DNA of 21,386 bases from Candidatus Thorarchaeota archaeon (GCA_046758445.1 JBHIAE010000050.1:1-21386), one strand, 5' to 3'. Shown: positions 9,531 through 18,525, counted from the first letter of the stretch. Program-made: numbers and translations. Notes: a model not told the origin generated them from the sequence alone.

Positions 9531-10400
9531 TTAGCTCGTTCTAACGGTCAAGAATCTGAAGAATTTCCTCAAGTCTTTCAGTCGAACATTGAGTGCGGGA
9601 ACCTTCTCTCTGTACTCCTGATAGCCCTCGCCGAACCTTTCTATCAGTTCGATTTCTTCTCTCCTTATTTGGACTCTGAAAAGAAGGTAGAGGATCACAC
9701 AGAGTAGAATCGAATAGACTGAGAATCTGAAGAACATCCCTGCGGTTCCTACAAGTACCCCTCCCATGTACGCGGGGTGTCGAGTGACAGAGTATATCTC
9801 ATGTTCCTGCAGCTCTGATTCTTCTGGAAAGTAGAGATACACCACAGTCATGTAGTCAATGCCAAAGGTCACAAACGAACTTCGAGCAACAAGTAACCCA
9901 AGTACCAGTAAGATTCCCGAAAGGACCACACGTATTCCAACATCAATACTCGTAGTCACTCCTAGAAAGGATAGGAGTGACCTTGAGAATAGGATTGTCA
10001 AGTCGTTGACTGGAGGGGCTGGCGGCAGTGAGCGAACTGAAGTGAAGATATGGAGTACATTTGGAAAAACAAGAGCGATTCCTATCATCCCTCTTGGAAT
10101 CATCATCTGATATGAGAGATCTCCGAACTCTGACTTCATGTAGTCTCTTCTACTCCAAATGGTTCCTATCAACCACAAAGCAATGCTTGCCAGGAGTAGA
10201 CTGCCAAGTAGAGGTAACACTGGTTCAAGCATGACAAGGGCGGAAATGTCTGGAAACACGCGTGGTAGAATATCGAGGACAATAAGGAAGATGTATCCCA
10301 GTAGTGCGATCACTAAGGCCCTCAATGGTATAATGAAAATCTTTCTTCCTGGATATGCTGGAAGCTTCTCTCGGAGCTTCTCTACTCCTTTCAGTTTCAT
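9531..10400 (-). CDS. Isoprenylcysteine carboxylmethyltransferase / PEMT-family membrane methyltransferase
   Basis: Multi-TM protein with IYSVTRHPAY and RREEIELIERFGEGYQEYREKVP motifs. Confidence 0.85.
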   Translation of the reverse strand: MKLKGVEKLREKLPAYPGRKIFIIPLRALVIALLGYIFLIVLDILPRVFPDISALVMLEPVLPLLGSLLLASIALWLIGTIWSRRDYMKSEFGDLSYQMMIPRGMIGIALVFPNVLHIFTSVRSLPPAPPVNDLTILFSRSLLSFLGVTTSIDVGIRVVLSGILLVLGLLVARSSFVTFGIDYMTVVYLYFPEESELQEHEIYSVTRHPAYMGGVLVGTAGMFFRFSVYSILLCVILYLLFRVQIRREEIELIERFGEGYQEYREKVPALNVRLKDLRKFFRFLTVRTS

Positions 10401-10455
10401 AAGGAATCTGAAACCGATTCCGACTAATCAGTCTGTTCGTGGAATAGATAGAGTG

Positions 10456-10563
10456 CGAGAGGAGATTTGCTCTCTCTTGATTTGAAGACCAAAGCGGCCT
10501 CTGTTACTATTGCCTGTACGGCAGCTAGTCGGGTCCAAACATACCTCGTGCCATGACAATCAA
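10456..10563 (-). repeat. Cassette-boundary element (LIVMARGMFGPD*LPYRQ**QR) plus hairpin
   Basis: 10563->10498 is collinear with the consensus but has three nonsense substitutions. Hairpin GAGAGGAG...CTCTCTC at 10457-10477. Confidence 0.88.
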
Positions 10564-10856
10564 TCAGCTTGTTGATGGTTTACGATCTCTATTGTCAGGA
10601 GAACTTCGTCTACCTCTCTCCGAGATAGAATCGCTCTGATGGCATCAAGCTGGTCCTGGCTTCGTATGATGACGCCTATCTTGTTCATAGGATTTCCGCT
10701 TTGCCCAATCGGGTTTATCTCAACGGCAAGATAGGCTGGTTCGTTCTTTGATCGAGGTATCTTTCTGATGAATACTCCAGGTTCATCAGTCCTTAACCGT
10801 TCAAACTTCCTCCCGTGCCTGAGCATATCTCTCAACGATTCTTCCATTCCATTCAC
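10560..10856 (-). CDS. Hypothetical protein (98 aa)
   Basis: Protein-like ORF (PGVFIRKIP, LAVEINP). Its TGA overlaps the edge of the boundary element. Confidence 0.7.
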   Translation of the reverse strand: MNGMEESLRDMLRHGRKFERLRTDEPGVFIRKIPRSKNEPAYLAVEINPIGQSGNPMNKIGVIIRSQDQLDAIRAILSRREVDEVLLTIEIVNHQQAD

Positions 10857-11026
10857 TCAGTCAGCCTGAGTCGGTGTCTTGATAAACTAAGCTACATCCT
10901 GATTTTTGCTTGGATACGTTTGCTGCGTTCGTTTCTCATGGACCAGCGGGAAATGATGAGGTCCGACAAGTCAGCAGATAGATATCATCTGGAAGGTATT
11001 GAGAATCATTCTGTGTAGGAGGATTT

Positions 11027-11413
11027 GTGGTAGTAGTGAAATTGGAACCAATGATCTATACAGTAAATCTTGAGGAATCGATTAGATTCTATCGTGATAC
11101 TCTAGGGTTTGAGATTGAGGAATACTATCCCGACAATGAGAAACCCACTTGGGTCTGCTTTCGTATTGGGAATGACCGTTTTGCTATTGGAAAGACATTC
11201 TCAGACATCCACCACAAGTTGCATCCAAGAGGAGTCGATGGTTCAGGAGTACAGTTCTATATCAGAGTCGACGACGTGGATAGGCTGTATAATGAGTTCA
11301 AGAATGAATTAGAGATCATAGATGATATCGAGAACAAGAATTGGGGTGACAGGGAATTCACATTCAAAGACCCAAATGGATACCTAATCTCCTTCTTTTC
11401 AAGGCTACAATGA
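11027..11413 (+). CDS. VOC (glyoxalase/bleomycin-resistance) family protein
   Basis: NLEESIRFYRDTLGF, FYIRVDDVD and WGDREFTFKDPNGY motifs. GGAGG lies just upstream of the GTG start. Confidence 0.92.
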   Translation: MVVVKLEPMIYTVNLEESIRFYRDTLGFEIEEYYPDNEKPTWVCFRIGNDRFAIGKTFSDIHHKLHPRGVDGSGVQFYIRVDDVDRLYNEFKNELEIIDDIENKNWGDREFTFKDPNGYLISFFSRLQ

Positions 11414-11454
11414 ATTTGCCTATCCATTCACAAGTGTGAAGGATGAAAGAACGA

Positions 11455-11558
11455 AGAGAGAAAGGAGCACAAGAAACTCCTTCTCTCCTTGAAGATTACA
11501 TCTGCTTCTCTTGCATGTACGGCAGATAGTCAGGTCCGAGCATCTCGCGTGCCATGAA
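11455..11558 (-). repeat. Cassette-boundary element (FMAREMLGPDYLPYMQEKQM*) plus hairpin
   Basis: 11555->11496 reads ATG GCA CGC GAG ATG CTC GGA CCT GAC TAT CTG CCG TAC ATG CAA GAG AAG CAG ATG TAA. Stem GAGAGAAAGGAG/CTCCTTCTCTC at about 11456-11487. Confidence 0.92.
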
Positions 11559-11582
11559 AGACTTCTCTCGTTGATATTTGAT

Positions 11583-11645
11583 TTGTAAAGACCTAATCAG
11601 AAGTGAAGTTTATATAGATTGTAAACGTACTTGTAGACAGTAAAC
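11583..11645 (+). promoter_or_regulatory. Archaeal BRE/TATA promoter of the RHH-PIN operon with repeated TTGTA(A/G)AC boxes
   Basis: Purine-rich GAAGTGAAG, then TTTATATA (11609-11616). Boxes TTGTAAAG 11583, TTGTAAAC 11619, TTGTAGAC 11631 and AGTAAAC 11639. Confidence 0.6.
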
Positions 11646-11652
11646 ATTACTG

Positions 11653-11904
11653 ATGACGGTGAATTGTATGGGAGTATCCTCTGTGAGATTGACAGAAGAT
11701 GAGAAGGCCTTCCTTGAGAGACTTGTGAAGGAAGGAAAGTATCAATCAATCAGCGAAGCTCTGAAAGCTGGAATATACGAGATGATGCAAAACGAACAAA
11801 GTGCGAGTATTCCATGGAAGTCTTTTGATGAGGTCCGTAGATACTTTTCGAAAAAGGAGAAGAAACTGAAGGGGCTTGAGGATGTCCATGAAGAAGAAAG
11901 CTAA
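11653..11904 (+). CDS. Ribbon-helix-helix (CopG/ParD-like) antitoxin; likely start at 11668
   Basis: SVRLTEDEKAFLERLVKEGKYQSISEALKAGI fits the RHH pattern. It overlaps the downstream PIN gene. Confidence 0.85.
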   Translation: MTVNCMGVSSVRLTEDEKAFLERLVKEGKYQSISEALKAGIYEMMQNEQSASIPWKSFDEVRRYFSKKEKKLKGLEDVHEEES

Positions 11905-12400
11905 AGTCTATCTTGAGGCTTCTGCACTTTGGAATCTGTTCTATGGGGAACCAGGACAAAACATCGTAGAGTTCAGTCTTGAAAAGGAAGACATTTTCTG
12001 CTCAAGCTCAATATGGAGTCATCTAGAAATACATCGCGGGATTATGAAACGAATCAATCAAGAAGAACTGACGATTGATGAAGGCAATGACTTACGCAGG
12101 TTCATTGACTTTTCCCTCCGCAGACTTGCCACAAGAAAGAGGCTGCGAGAGTATGATGTATCAAGAGATCTCGTTGAGAGGACAAAGGAACTCATATCTT
12201 CATACAATCTATATGCTTCCGACGCCCTCCACTTTTCTACAGCTATCTCTAATGATTGCTCGATAGTACTTGTTGATGATTACCATCTCTCACGGATTGG
12301 AAAGAAGTTCTCAAAGGAGATTGACATTGCGATACTGTCAACATCAACTAGCATTGACAAGTTCTCTTCAGAATTGAAGAGAGCTCTCTCGAAGAAGTAA
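11888..12400 (+). CDS. vapC: PIN-domain (VapC) toxin
   Basis: VYLEASALW, HLEI, LYASDALH and VDD motifs. It is coupled to the RHH gene. Confidence 0.85.
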   Translation: MKKKAKVYLEASALWNLFYGEPGQNIVEFSLEKEDIFCSSSIWSHLEIHRGIMKRINQEELTIDEGNDLRRFIDFSLRRLATRKRLREYDVSRDLVERTKELISSYNLYASDALHFSTAISNDCSIVLVDDYHLSRIGKKFSKEIDIAILSTSTSIDKFSSELKRALSKK

Positions 12401-12414
12401 TTCCTGTAACCCAA

Positions 12415-12444
12415 TTATCTCACATGCATTGTGAAGACAATCAG
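12415..12444 (-). pseudogene. Remnant of a DUF4258 gene 5' end
   Basis: 12444->12415 reads (L)IVFTMHVR*, versus MIIFTKHAL of 21040-. It has the same overlap with the DUF2283 stop codon. Confidence 0.65.
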
Positions 12445-12668
12445 GCTATAGCGACCTCAGAAACCAATTCCTCATCACGAAGCTTCACCAAGTGATTGAG
12501 GTCAAGATCCCTTTTTGAGGAAGCGAGAACCTCAATGCCGCAAATGTCGCCACTGGAATTATAATCAACTACAACGCCCCCTCCTATCTCGACACTCTCT
12601 GCAACGTCTTCCCCTTTAAATCTGAAATAGACGGAGTCTGCAACCTTGTCATATTCCACTTGCATCAC
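12441..12668 (-). CDS. DUF2283 family protein (putative antitoxin), paralog of 21037-21267
   Basis: YDKVADSVYFRF...VVVDYNSSGDICGIEVL is the family signature. 62/74 aa identical to the other copy by manual count. Confidence 0.88.
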   Translation of the reverse strand: MMQVEYDKVADSVYFRFKGEDVAESVEIGGGVVVDYNSSGDICGIEVLASSKRDLDLNHLVKLRDEELVSEVAIA

Positions 12669-12789
12669 TAGTCACCATCCATTATCCATCATCAGACTTA
12701 TTCTTGTCTGCCAATCTGCTTTCCCATTGGATTGATGTCTGGTAGTTATGCGTTCTGTCTTTGTGCTGAGTAGACAATAATCACTCAGG

Positions 12790-12886
12790 AAAAAGAGCGA
12801 CTGAGAGAGGAGAACCCTCTCTTAATCTTAATGTGAGCCTACATCTACGGCAGATAGTCAGGTCCGAAAATCTCGCGGCCCATGAC
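12790..12886 (-). repeat. Cassette-boundary element (VMGREIFGPDYLP*M*, 15-nt internal deletion) plus hairpin
   Basis: 12886->12839. Stem AGAGAGG/CCTCTCT at about 12804-12822, followed by a minus-strand pyrimidine tail. Confidence 0.9.
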
Positions 12887-12982
12887 GCCCTTCTACTATG
12901 TTTCCATCGCACGCTTTCCGATTCATAGCAATTCGAGTTTTGACCTGAAACACACTCAACTGTACAGTATTGATTCTGGATG

Positions 12983-15900
12983 TCAACTACGTCTTCGTTT
13001 GGAATAACAGACTCCGAGAACTAGTGCCACTGCGAAAATGCTGCCAATTATGATGCTCCCGAGTAGGAAGTCTGGAATTGGGGGCGGTGTGGGCGTGGTA
13101 GTAGGAGTGGTAGGAAGTTCGACGGTGATGCTTTCCACGTTGCTCCAGTCGCTGCGTTCCATGCCTTCATCTTGAGCTATCACTGCGAAGTAGTAGGTTC
13201 CTGAGCCTAAGTCGGAGATATCTACTTCGATGTTAGTGCTGCCTGTTGTCCATGTTCTGAGTGAGTTGTCCATGGTCACGGTGTCGAACACTTCGAGAGT
13301 GTATTCGACTGCTGTGCCTTCGGGATCAGTGCTGACGCTCCACGAAACAGTGAAGATGCCATCATCGTCAGTGTCGCCGGGGTCGTTGAGCCTCGATGTG
13401 GTCGGTGGCTGATTGGCGACGGCAATGAATTCGATATTGCTCCATGGGCTGGGAACACCATCATTGTCAAAACCCCGTACTCTGAAGTAATAGGTGATTC
13501 CAATGAGATTGCTGACGAGTTGAATGGTACCCGAGGGAGTCCACTCCTGAAGAATAGTGGCAAAGCCATTGGAGTCACTCATTTGAAGATGGTAATGGTC
13601 GATTACGCCGTCGAAATCAAAGGCGGCACTCCAAGAAACGTTGAAAGTACCATCTCCTTCAGGATCTTGAGGTGCACTCAGTGTTGGGGCAAGGGGCTGT
13701 TCATTGTACCAATATGTAATGTCAACTTGATAGAGATGTGGACTGCGGTCATCATATTCAGTGGAAAAGAGGACTCGCCACCGCAAGTCGGACCCTCGAT
13801 AAGCAAACTCGTGCATAATCCTAGGCGTCACGGGTTCCCAGTGTGCTCCGCCATCAGCAGATAGTTGCCAAGTAAGGCTCGTATTGCTAGGCTCATAAGC
13901 GCTAAAGGTCAATGTAGCATTCTCGATCAGACTCGTTGTGCTATCGAATTCGAGAGATTGAGCTCCTACCTTCGTTACATTATAGGTAGCCCCAGCGCTG
14001 CGGAAGAGTCGAAAGATGAACATCGAGGTTGCATTAGATACGTAAAGGAAGTCTCCATGGACTGTTGCCATTGCTGCAAGTATTGGAGGGGTCGTATAAG
14101 AGGTGATAAGCTGGGGGTTTCGAGGATTGGTAGCATTAAGGAGATGAATCCCACCGAGTGCTTCAGTAACTATAGCATAGGGACCAAAAACCGCTATGCT
14201 TGCTGAAACATTGACACCAGGAAAATCGTAGAACGAAAACTGAGAAACAGCGAAAGGATTAGTAACATTCTGAAGAGAGATACCTCTATCGCCCTCAGCA
14301 AGGATGCAGACATCTCCATCAACAGTGACATCAGACAGCCAGGGTGATTTGGTGGTCTGATTAGTGAGGACAAGGCTACTGAGGTTTGTGGCATCATAGA
14401 GATAGAATCCATAGTCGAAGGGCGGTGATGTTTGCATACCTGTAGCATAAACGACGTGCCCTTGGACTGCAACATTGCCAAAACTAATCCCACCCGTAAC
14501 GTTGGAAATCTGTCCGCCCAAATTGGTAGGAATGGATACATTGATGATTTGGAGGCCATCATTCCCTGCAGCAAGGTAGGCCAGATCTCCAATGACGACT
14601 AAATCATTGATGGTGATCATCGGATAATAGTCGAGGAACTGAATGTCACTAGGATTGGTGACGTTGAAGGAAAGAAGCCCTTGTGTGAGTGAACCGCCAT
14701 CATCTGCAACAAAGCAATAGTGCCCCTGAATCTCAACGGAATCGTAATCAACAGGGCTCGTGTGATTGATTTGATTTAGAAGTACGGGATTAGCAGGGTC
14801 ACTAACGTTGAGAGTCAGGAGTCCATCAATGCCTGCTGCAACGTAGGCGATGTCCCCCTGCACCTCTATATCTAGAATCATATTCCCTGGAAAGGTCCCA
14901 ATCAGAGGGAGATTGGTCAACCCACCGCTACTCGCACCAATCCGATAGATCTCAAGACCTGCATCTGTCGCAATTACCAGATCGCCGTTGTAAAAGGCCA
15001 AGTCATTCACCGAGGTTGTCATCAATGAGAAATCATCAACGTATGTAGGATGCATCGGATCTGCAACATCTAGGATTACTACGGTTCCACTGTCATCACC
15101 TAGGAAGAGAGTGTGTCCCTGCGAGGCAAGACATTGAAGATTGTTGGTGTGACTATAGTACCCTTTGAGCTTGGGGTTGGCGGGATCGCTAATGTCGATT
15201 AGTTGAATCACGGACCAGGAGATGTAAAAGGCAATGTCACCATCGACATGAAGGCGATAGGAGGTGCCAAGTGCTGTGATACTGCTCACGACTGAGGGTG
15301 AAGAGGGGTTAGAGACATTGACAACATAGAAGCCGTTGTTGGCGGACAAGTAAGCCATGTCACCAATGACATTGATGTCATTCACTGTTGAAGGGAGAGA
15401 AGTGTTAGAAACAGAGAAGATATTGTAGGGGTCTTCAACATTCACTATGCGTAAGATATCACACGCTCCGTATAGAAACCGACCCTGCACAGCGATATTA
15501 GGCCTGTTACCACCGAAATTGGGTCGAGAGTCAGTGATTGTGGGTGTGGCACTAGGATTGCTGACATTGTACAATCGAAGGTCACCATAACGAGCAACTG
15601 TATACAGAATATCTCCTTCCACCTTAGCATCGTAGATATTTGACCAGCTCCAATCCCATGCAATGAATTGCGTGACTTGGTATGGATTGGTCAGATTTGC
15701 GATACGCAGAACTTGCTCAATCGGAGAGGCGCTTTGAGTAGCAATGTAAGCCTTACGACCTTGAATATCAATAGCCTGAACCCCCTCTGATACCAGATAC
15801 CGATCAAGTCGGGCAATGGCGTAATCACGCTGGCTCGTGACGGTGCCCGTTCCCCAACCACTTGCATTGGTATTACTGACATCCTGATAAGAAGTCGACA

Positions 15901-16108
15901 GGAAGTTCTCTGTCCTCCAACTTTGTCCTGAAAGAACTGCAACTTCGCTGAAACTCGTATCTACTGGTCGTGACATATGACTAGGGATTTGAAAGCATAT
16001 GAGAAGGACAATTAGAACTGCAAAACCCAGAAAACTCCTTGATCTCGACAACATCAAGCTCTCCCCTGTGGCAACGAATGTAATTGAGGAGCTTAAGGCT
16101 GTCAACAT
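12983..16108 (-). CDS. Large secreted, membrane-anchored surface protein: LVIVD-repeat beta-propellers + 2 fibronectin type III domains; likely start at 16054
   Basis: Signal-like N-terminus and many V-x-G-D-x-A-Y-(V/L)-A...G-L-x-I-x-(D/N)-V-S-(D/N)-P repeats. FN3 motifs FNVSW...YYFRVRG and FTVSW...YYFAVIA. PT-rich linker, TM helix and KRRRS tail. Confidence 0.9.
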   Translation of the reverse strand: MLTALSSSITFVATGESLMLSRSRSFLGFAVLIVLLICFQIPSHMSRPVDTSFSEVAVLSGQSWRTENFLSTSYQDVSNTNASGWGTGTVTSQRDYAIARLDRYLVSEGVQAIDIQGRKAYIATQSASPIEQVLRIANLTNPYQVTQFIAWDWSWSNIYDAKVEGDILYTVARYGDLRLYNVSNPSATPTITDSRPNFGGNRPNIAVQGRFLYGACDILRIVNVEDPYNIFSVSNTSLPSTVNDINVIGDMAYLSANNGFYVVNVSNPSSPSVVSSITALGTSYRLHVDGDIAFYISWSVIQLIDISDPANPKLKGYYSHTNNLQCLASQGHTLFLGDDSGTVVILDVADPMHPTYVDDFSLMTTSVNDLAFYNGDLVIATDAGLEIYRIGASSGGLTNLPLIGTFPGNMILDIEVQGDIAYVAAGIDGLLTLNVSDPANPVLLNQINHTSPVDYDSVEIQGHYCFVADDGGSLTQGLLSFNVTNPSDIQFLDYYPMITINDLVVIGDLAYLAAGNDGLQIINVSIPTNLGGQISNVTGGISFGNVAVQGHVVYATGMQTSPPFDYGFYLYDATNLSSLVLTNQTTKSPWLSDVTVDGDVCILAEGDRGISLQNVTNPFAVSQFSFYDFPGVNVSASIAVFGPYAIVTEALGGIHLLNATNPRNPQLITSYTTPPILAAMATVHGDFLYVSNATSMFIFRLFRSAGATYNVTKVGAQSLEFDSTTSLIENATLTFSAYEPSNTSLTWQLSADGGAHWEPVTPRIMHEFAYRGSDLRWRVLFSTEYDDRSPHLYQVDITYWYNEQPLAPTLSAPQDPEGDGTFNVSWSAAFDFDGVIDHYHLQMSDSNGFATILQEWTPSGTIQLVSNLIGITYYFRVRGFDNDGVPSPWSNIEFIAVANQPPTTSRLNDPGDTDDDGIFTVSWSVSTDPEGTAVEYTLEVFDTVTMDNSLRTWTTGSTNIEVDISDLGSGTYYFAVIAQDEGMERSDWSNVESITVELPTTPTTTPTPPPIPDFLLGSIIIGSIFAVALVLGVCYSKRRRS

Positions 16109-16219
16109 CAGATTGGTGTAACACGATGAACTTAGCTTTCGTGCACCATGCCTTATACTATTGATTCCTAAGTTTATTAATCCACATCATCGTGGCCAAT
16201 CTAATTCAAGATTAGACAC

Positions 16220-16286
16220 AAAGGAAAAGTGAGGGAGAGAGGGCGAGCCTCTCTCATTGTAGTTTAAGGATTACATCTGCCTCTCT
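16220..16286 (-). repeat. Partial boundary element (ERQM* plus well-formed hairpin/pyrimidine tail)
   Basis: TTACATCTGCCTCTCT at 16271-16286. Stem GAGAGAGG/CCTCTCTC at 16235-16255. Minus-strand tail CCTCACTTTTCCTTT. Confidence 0.8.
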
Positions 16287-16328
16287 AGATGCATAGTTGA
16301 ACTATGCCAAGAGTGATTGGCCAACCCG

Positions 16329-16370
16329 CTTAATGTGCCTACATGGCAACGAGTACACGCATAGTCAGAT
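16329..16370 (-). repeat. Degenerate boundary element
   Basis: CTTAATGTGCCTACAT resembles CTTAATGTGAGCCTACAT (12827-12844). GTACACGCATAGTCAG resembles GTACGGCAGATAGTCAG. Confidence 0.5.
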
Positions 16371-16515
16371 ACATACCCATTTCTCAAAGGAATGATTGAG
16401 GAAACGAAGATTTCTCCCTAGGAGCAACCTATGAGAATCATGCAGATGTTGGTATGTTTCTGTCCGGGAAAATGGTGTTACAAACTGGGAAATTGAGCGT
16501 CCGGTCAACGCCGTA

Positions 16516-17766
16516 TCAGTTCGGTTCATCCTGTACAGAAGCTATGTCATCACCGGACGGCGAGCTATGCAGTCCAACGAAGACCAATAGTGGAACCACG
16601 AGGAGCATCATAGAGGCCACTGTGAATGCAAAGATATAGCTGTGACCACCTAGCGCAAGAAGCAGTCCTAGGCATAAAGGTCCTGACGAGTGTCCAATAT
16701 CCATTACTGTACTGAGAAGTCCGAGGGCAGTTCCCTTCATAGAGGGGTCTACGCTCTCCGTCACCAAAGGGGCCGTAGTCGAGTCAGTGGCCGCAATCGC
16801 GATGCCAATCGGAATGATGAGCACGGTCTGCAAGAGCATGTTAGGCACTGTCGAAGCTAGAATAATCAGAAGACAGAGGGAACCCAGGCCACCGACAGTG
16901 AAGGGTACCCGACCGCTAATATCAGATGCCCTGCCTATTATCGGGCTCGTGATAAGCAAAGTGACCATGAGTAGGGTGAAGAATGGTCCTGCCACCCATT
17001 CTGGTACACCCACGACCTCTTTCCAGAAGAGGGGCATGAAAAACTCATAGGCACCGTACAAGAAGAATGTGGCAGCCTGAGCAGCACAGATGAGCAAGAT
17101 ATCACGTTTCAGCACATCCTTCAAAGAAACGTGACTCATGTTTTCACGTGCTGAGTCAGGTTCTCTTGGTGCATTCTCTGCGCCCATGGGCAGCAATAGA
17201 GTCATTACAAGAACACCCATCCCAAACAAACCACAGAGAAGGTACACGCCTCGGTACACATCTACACCATACGACTCAAACAGCGGGACGGCAAGAAGGA
17301 AACCTCCCACGAGTGGTGCGGCCATTCGACCCACTCGTGTAGAGGATGAATAAAGAGCCATCCGCTCACCCCTTCTGGCTCCGTACCATCCTGCCACAAC
17401 AGCTAGTGCCACTGGACCAAGGATTGCAGTGGCGAGTCCATGTATGAACCGCACGATGAGAAGCTGAACAGGAGTGATCACGAAGAAGTAGAGAAGAGGC
17501 ACAAAAGCGAATAGAACGGCAGCTATCCAAAGCGGTGTTCTCGGCCCCCTGCGGTCCATCAGCACTCCAACCGGTGCACTAACCAGTATGCCAGTGGCAG
17601 GAGATGCAGCTCCTATGAATCCCATCTCTTGGTCTGTGGCTCCGAGGCTAGAGGCGAAGTATGGTAGAACCGGTGATTTGGCCATTGTTGTGCTAAGAAT
17701 CGCGAGGGCACCTAGAATGCACAATAGCAGCATTTTCCGGCCTACACGAGTATGATCCTGACTCAT
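16516..17766 (-). CDS. Major facilitator superfamily transporter
   Basis: 416 aa with about 12 TM helices. Motif A GVLMDRRGPR and GRASDISGR, plus RFIHGL. Confidence 0.92.
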   Translation of the reverse strand: MSQDHTRVGRKMLLLCILGALAILSTTMAKSPVLPYFASSLGATDQEMGFIGAASPATGILVSAPVGVLMDRRGPRTPLWIAAVLFAFVPLLYFFVITPVQLLIVRFIHGLATAILGPVALAVVAGWYGARRGERMALYSSSTRVGRMAAPLVGGFLLAVPLFESYGVDVYRGVYLLCGLFGMGVLVMTLLLPMGAENAPREPDSARENMSHVSLKDVLKRDILLICAAQAATFFLYGAYEFFMPLFWKEVVGVPEWVAGPFFTLLMVTLLITSPIIGRASDISGRVPFTVGGLGSLCLLIILASTVPNMLLQTVLIIPIGIAIAATDSTTAPLVTESVDPSMKGTALGLLSTVMDIGHSSGPLCLGLLLALGGHSYIFAFTVASMMLLVVPLLVFVGLHSSPSGDDIASVQDEPN

Positions 17767-18305
17767 TTCATGGATCCGACCTGGATAGATTCTGGAAGAC
17801 GTTTCCTAAGCTCAGCAAACAGAAGTCGAAACGCCTCTTGGCGCGTCATCTGCTCTGTCTTGTTCTTGAGCTCCTGGCGAAGCCGCCTAAGGAGCAACCC
17901 AGCATAAAGGGAGTCACATACAACGAAGCCACGAGCAATCGCCTGTTGATCGTCATCACTGACGTAGGCTAGGCCACTCAGGATGAGTTCAGTACCGCGA
18001 GCATCTGGTGATTCATCGATGTCTTTCACAACATCAGCGCCATGGATAATACGCGCCATGTCATCCAGTGCGGGATCCCGAAGCTTGTAATGGTCGATTA
18101 GTACCTCGAAGGTGCATTTGCCCTCATGATGGGTGAATGGAATCTCCATATTTGGGAAGTCAAAGGGCGTACCATCTGTACTCGTCAGAGTGTGCCCAGG
18201 CCACATGACGAACTTGAAGACCGCCTTTGGATCAATGAACCGGCGAATGAGCCATGGACAAGCCACCCGGTCCACGTGCACATGATCACGAGTCACCCAT
18301 TTCAT
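17763..18305 (-). CDS. Chromate-resistance ChrB-family (C-terminal/ChrF-type) domain protein
   Basis: MKWVTRDHVHVDRVACPWLIRRFIDPKAVF, PFD, FTHHEGKCTFE and IIHGAD. ATGA overlap with the MFS gene. Confidence 0.88.
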   Translation of the reverse strand: MKWVTRDHVHVDRVACPWLIRRFIDPKAVFKFVMWPGHTLTSTDGTPFDFPNMEIPFTHHEGKCTFEVLIDHYKLRDPALDDMARIIHGADVVKDIDESPDARGTELILSGLAYVSDDDQQAIARGFVVCDSLYAGLLLRRLRQELKNKTEQMTRQEAFRLLFAELRKRLPESIQVGSMK

Positions 18306-18525
18306 GATTAACACTGCTACGGGTCACAGAAGCACTCCCGCTTAAGGTTGTCGCGGAAGAAGAATCATCTCATCGGATGCAGGGGGAATCCATTGCAAGG
18401 TTGAGGCTCTTTGATTTACCTATGAAATTGGAGAATGATTCACCAAAGCAGGTCTCATATGTCGCCCACTTCGATCGTTCTCTCATCTCACATACAGAGG
18501 TACTTGGTTTAACAGAAAACAATAT

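Noticed and set aside
13230-17353. Numerous plus-strand and alternate-frame ORFs inside the LVIVD and MFS genes, and similar shadow ORFs elsewhere
   Set aside because: They are antisense or out-of-frame shadows of well-supported genes.
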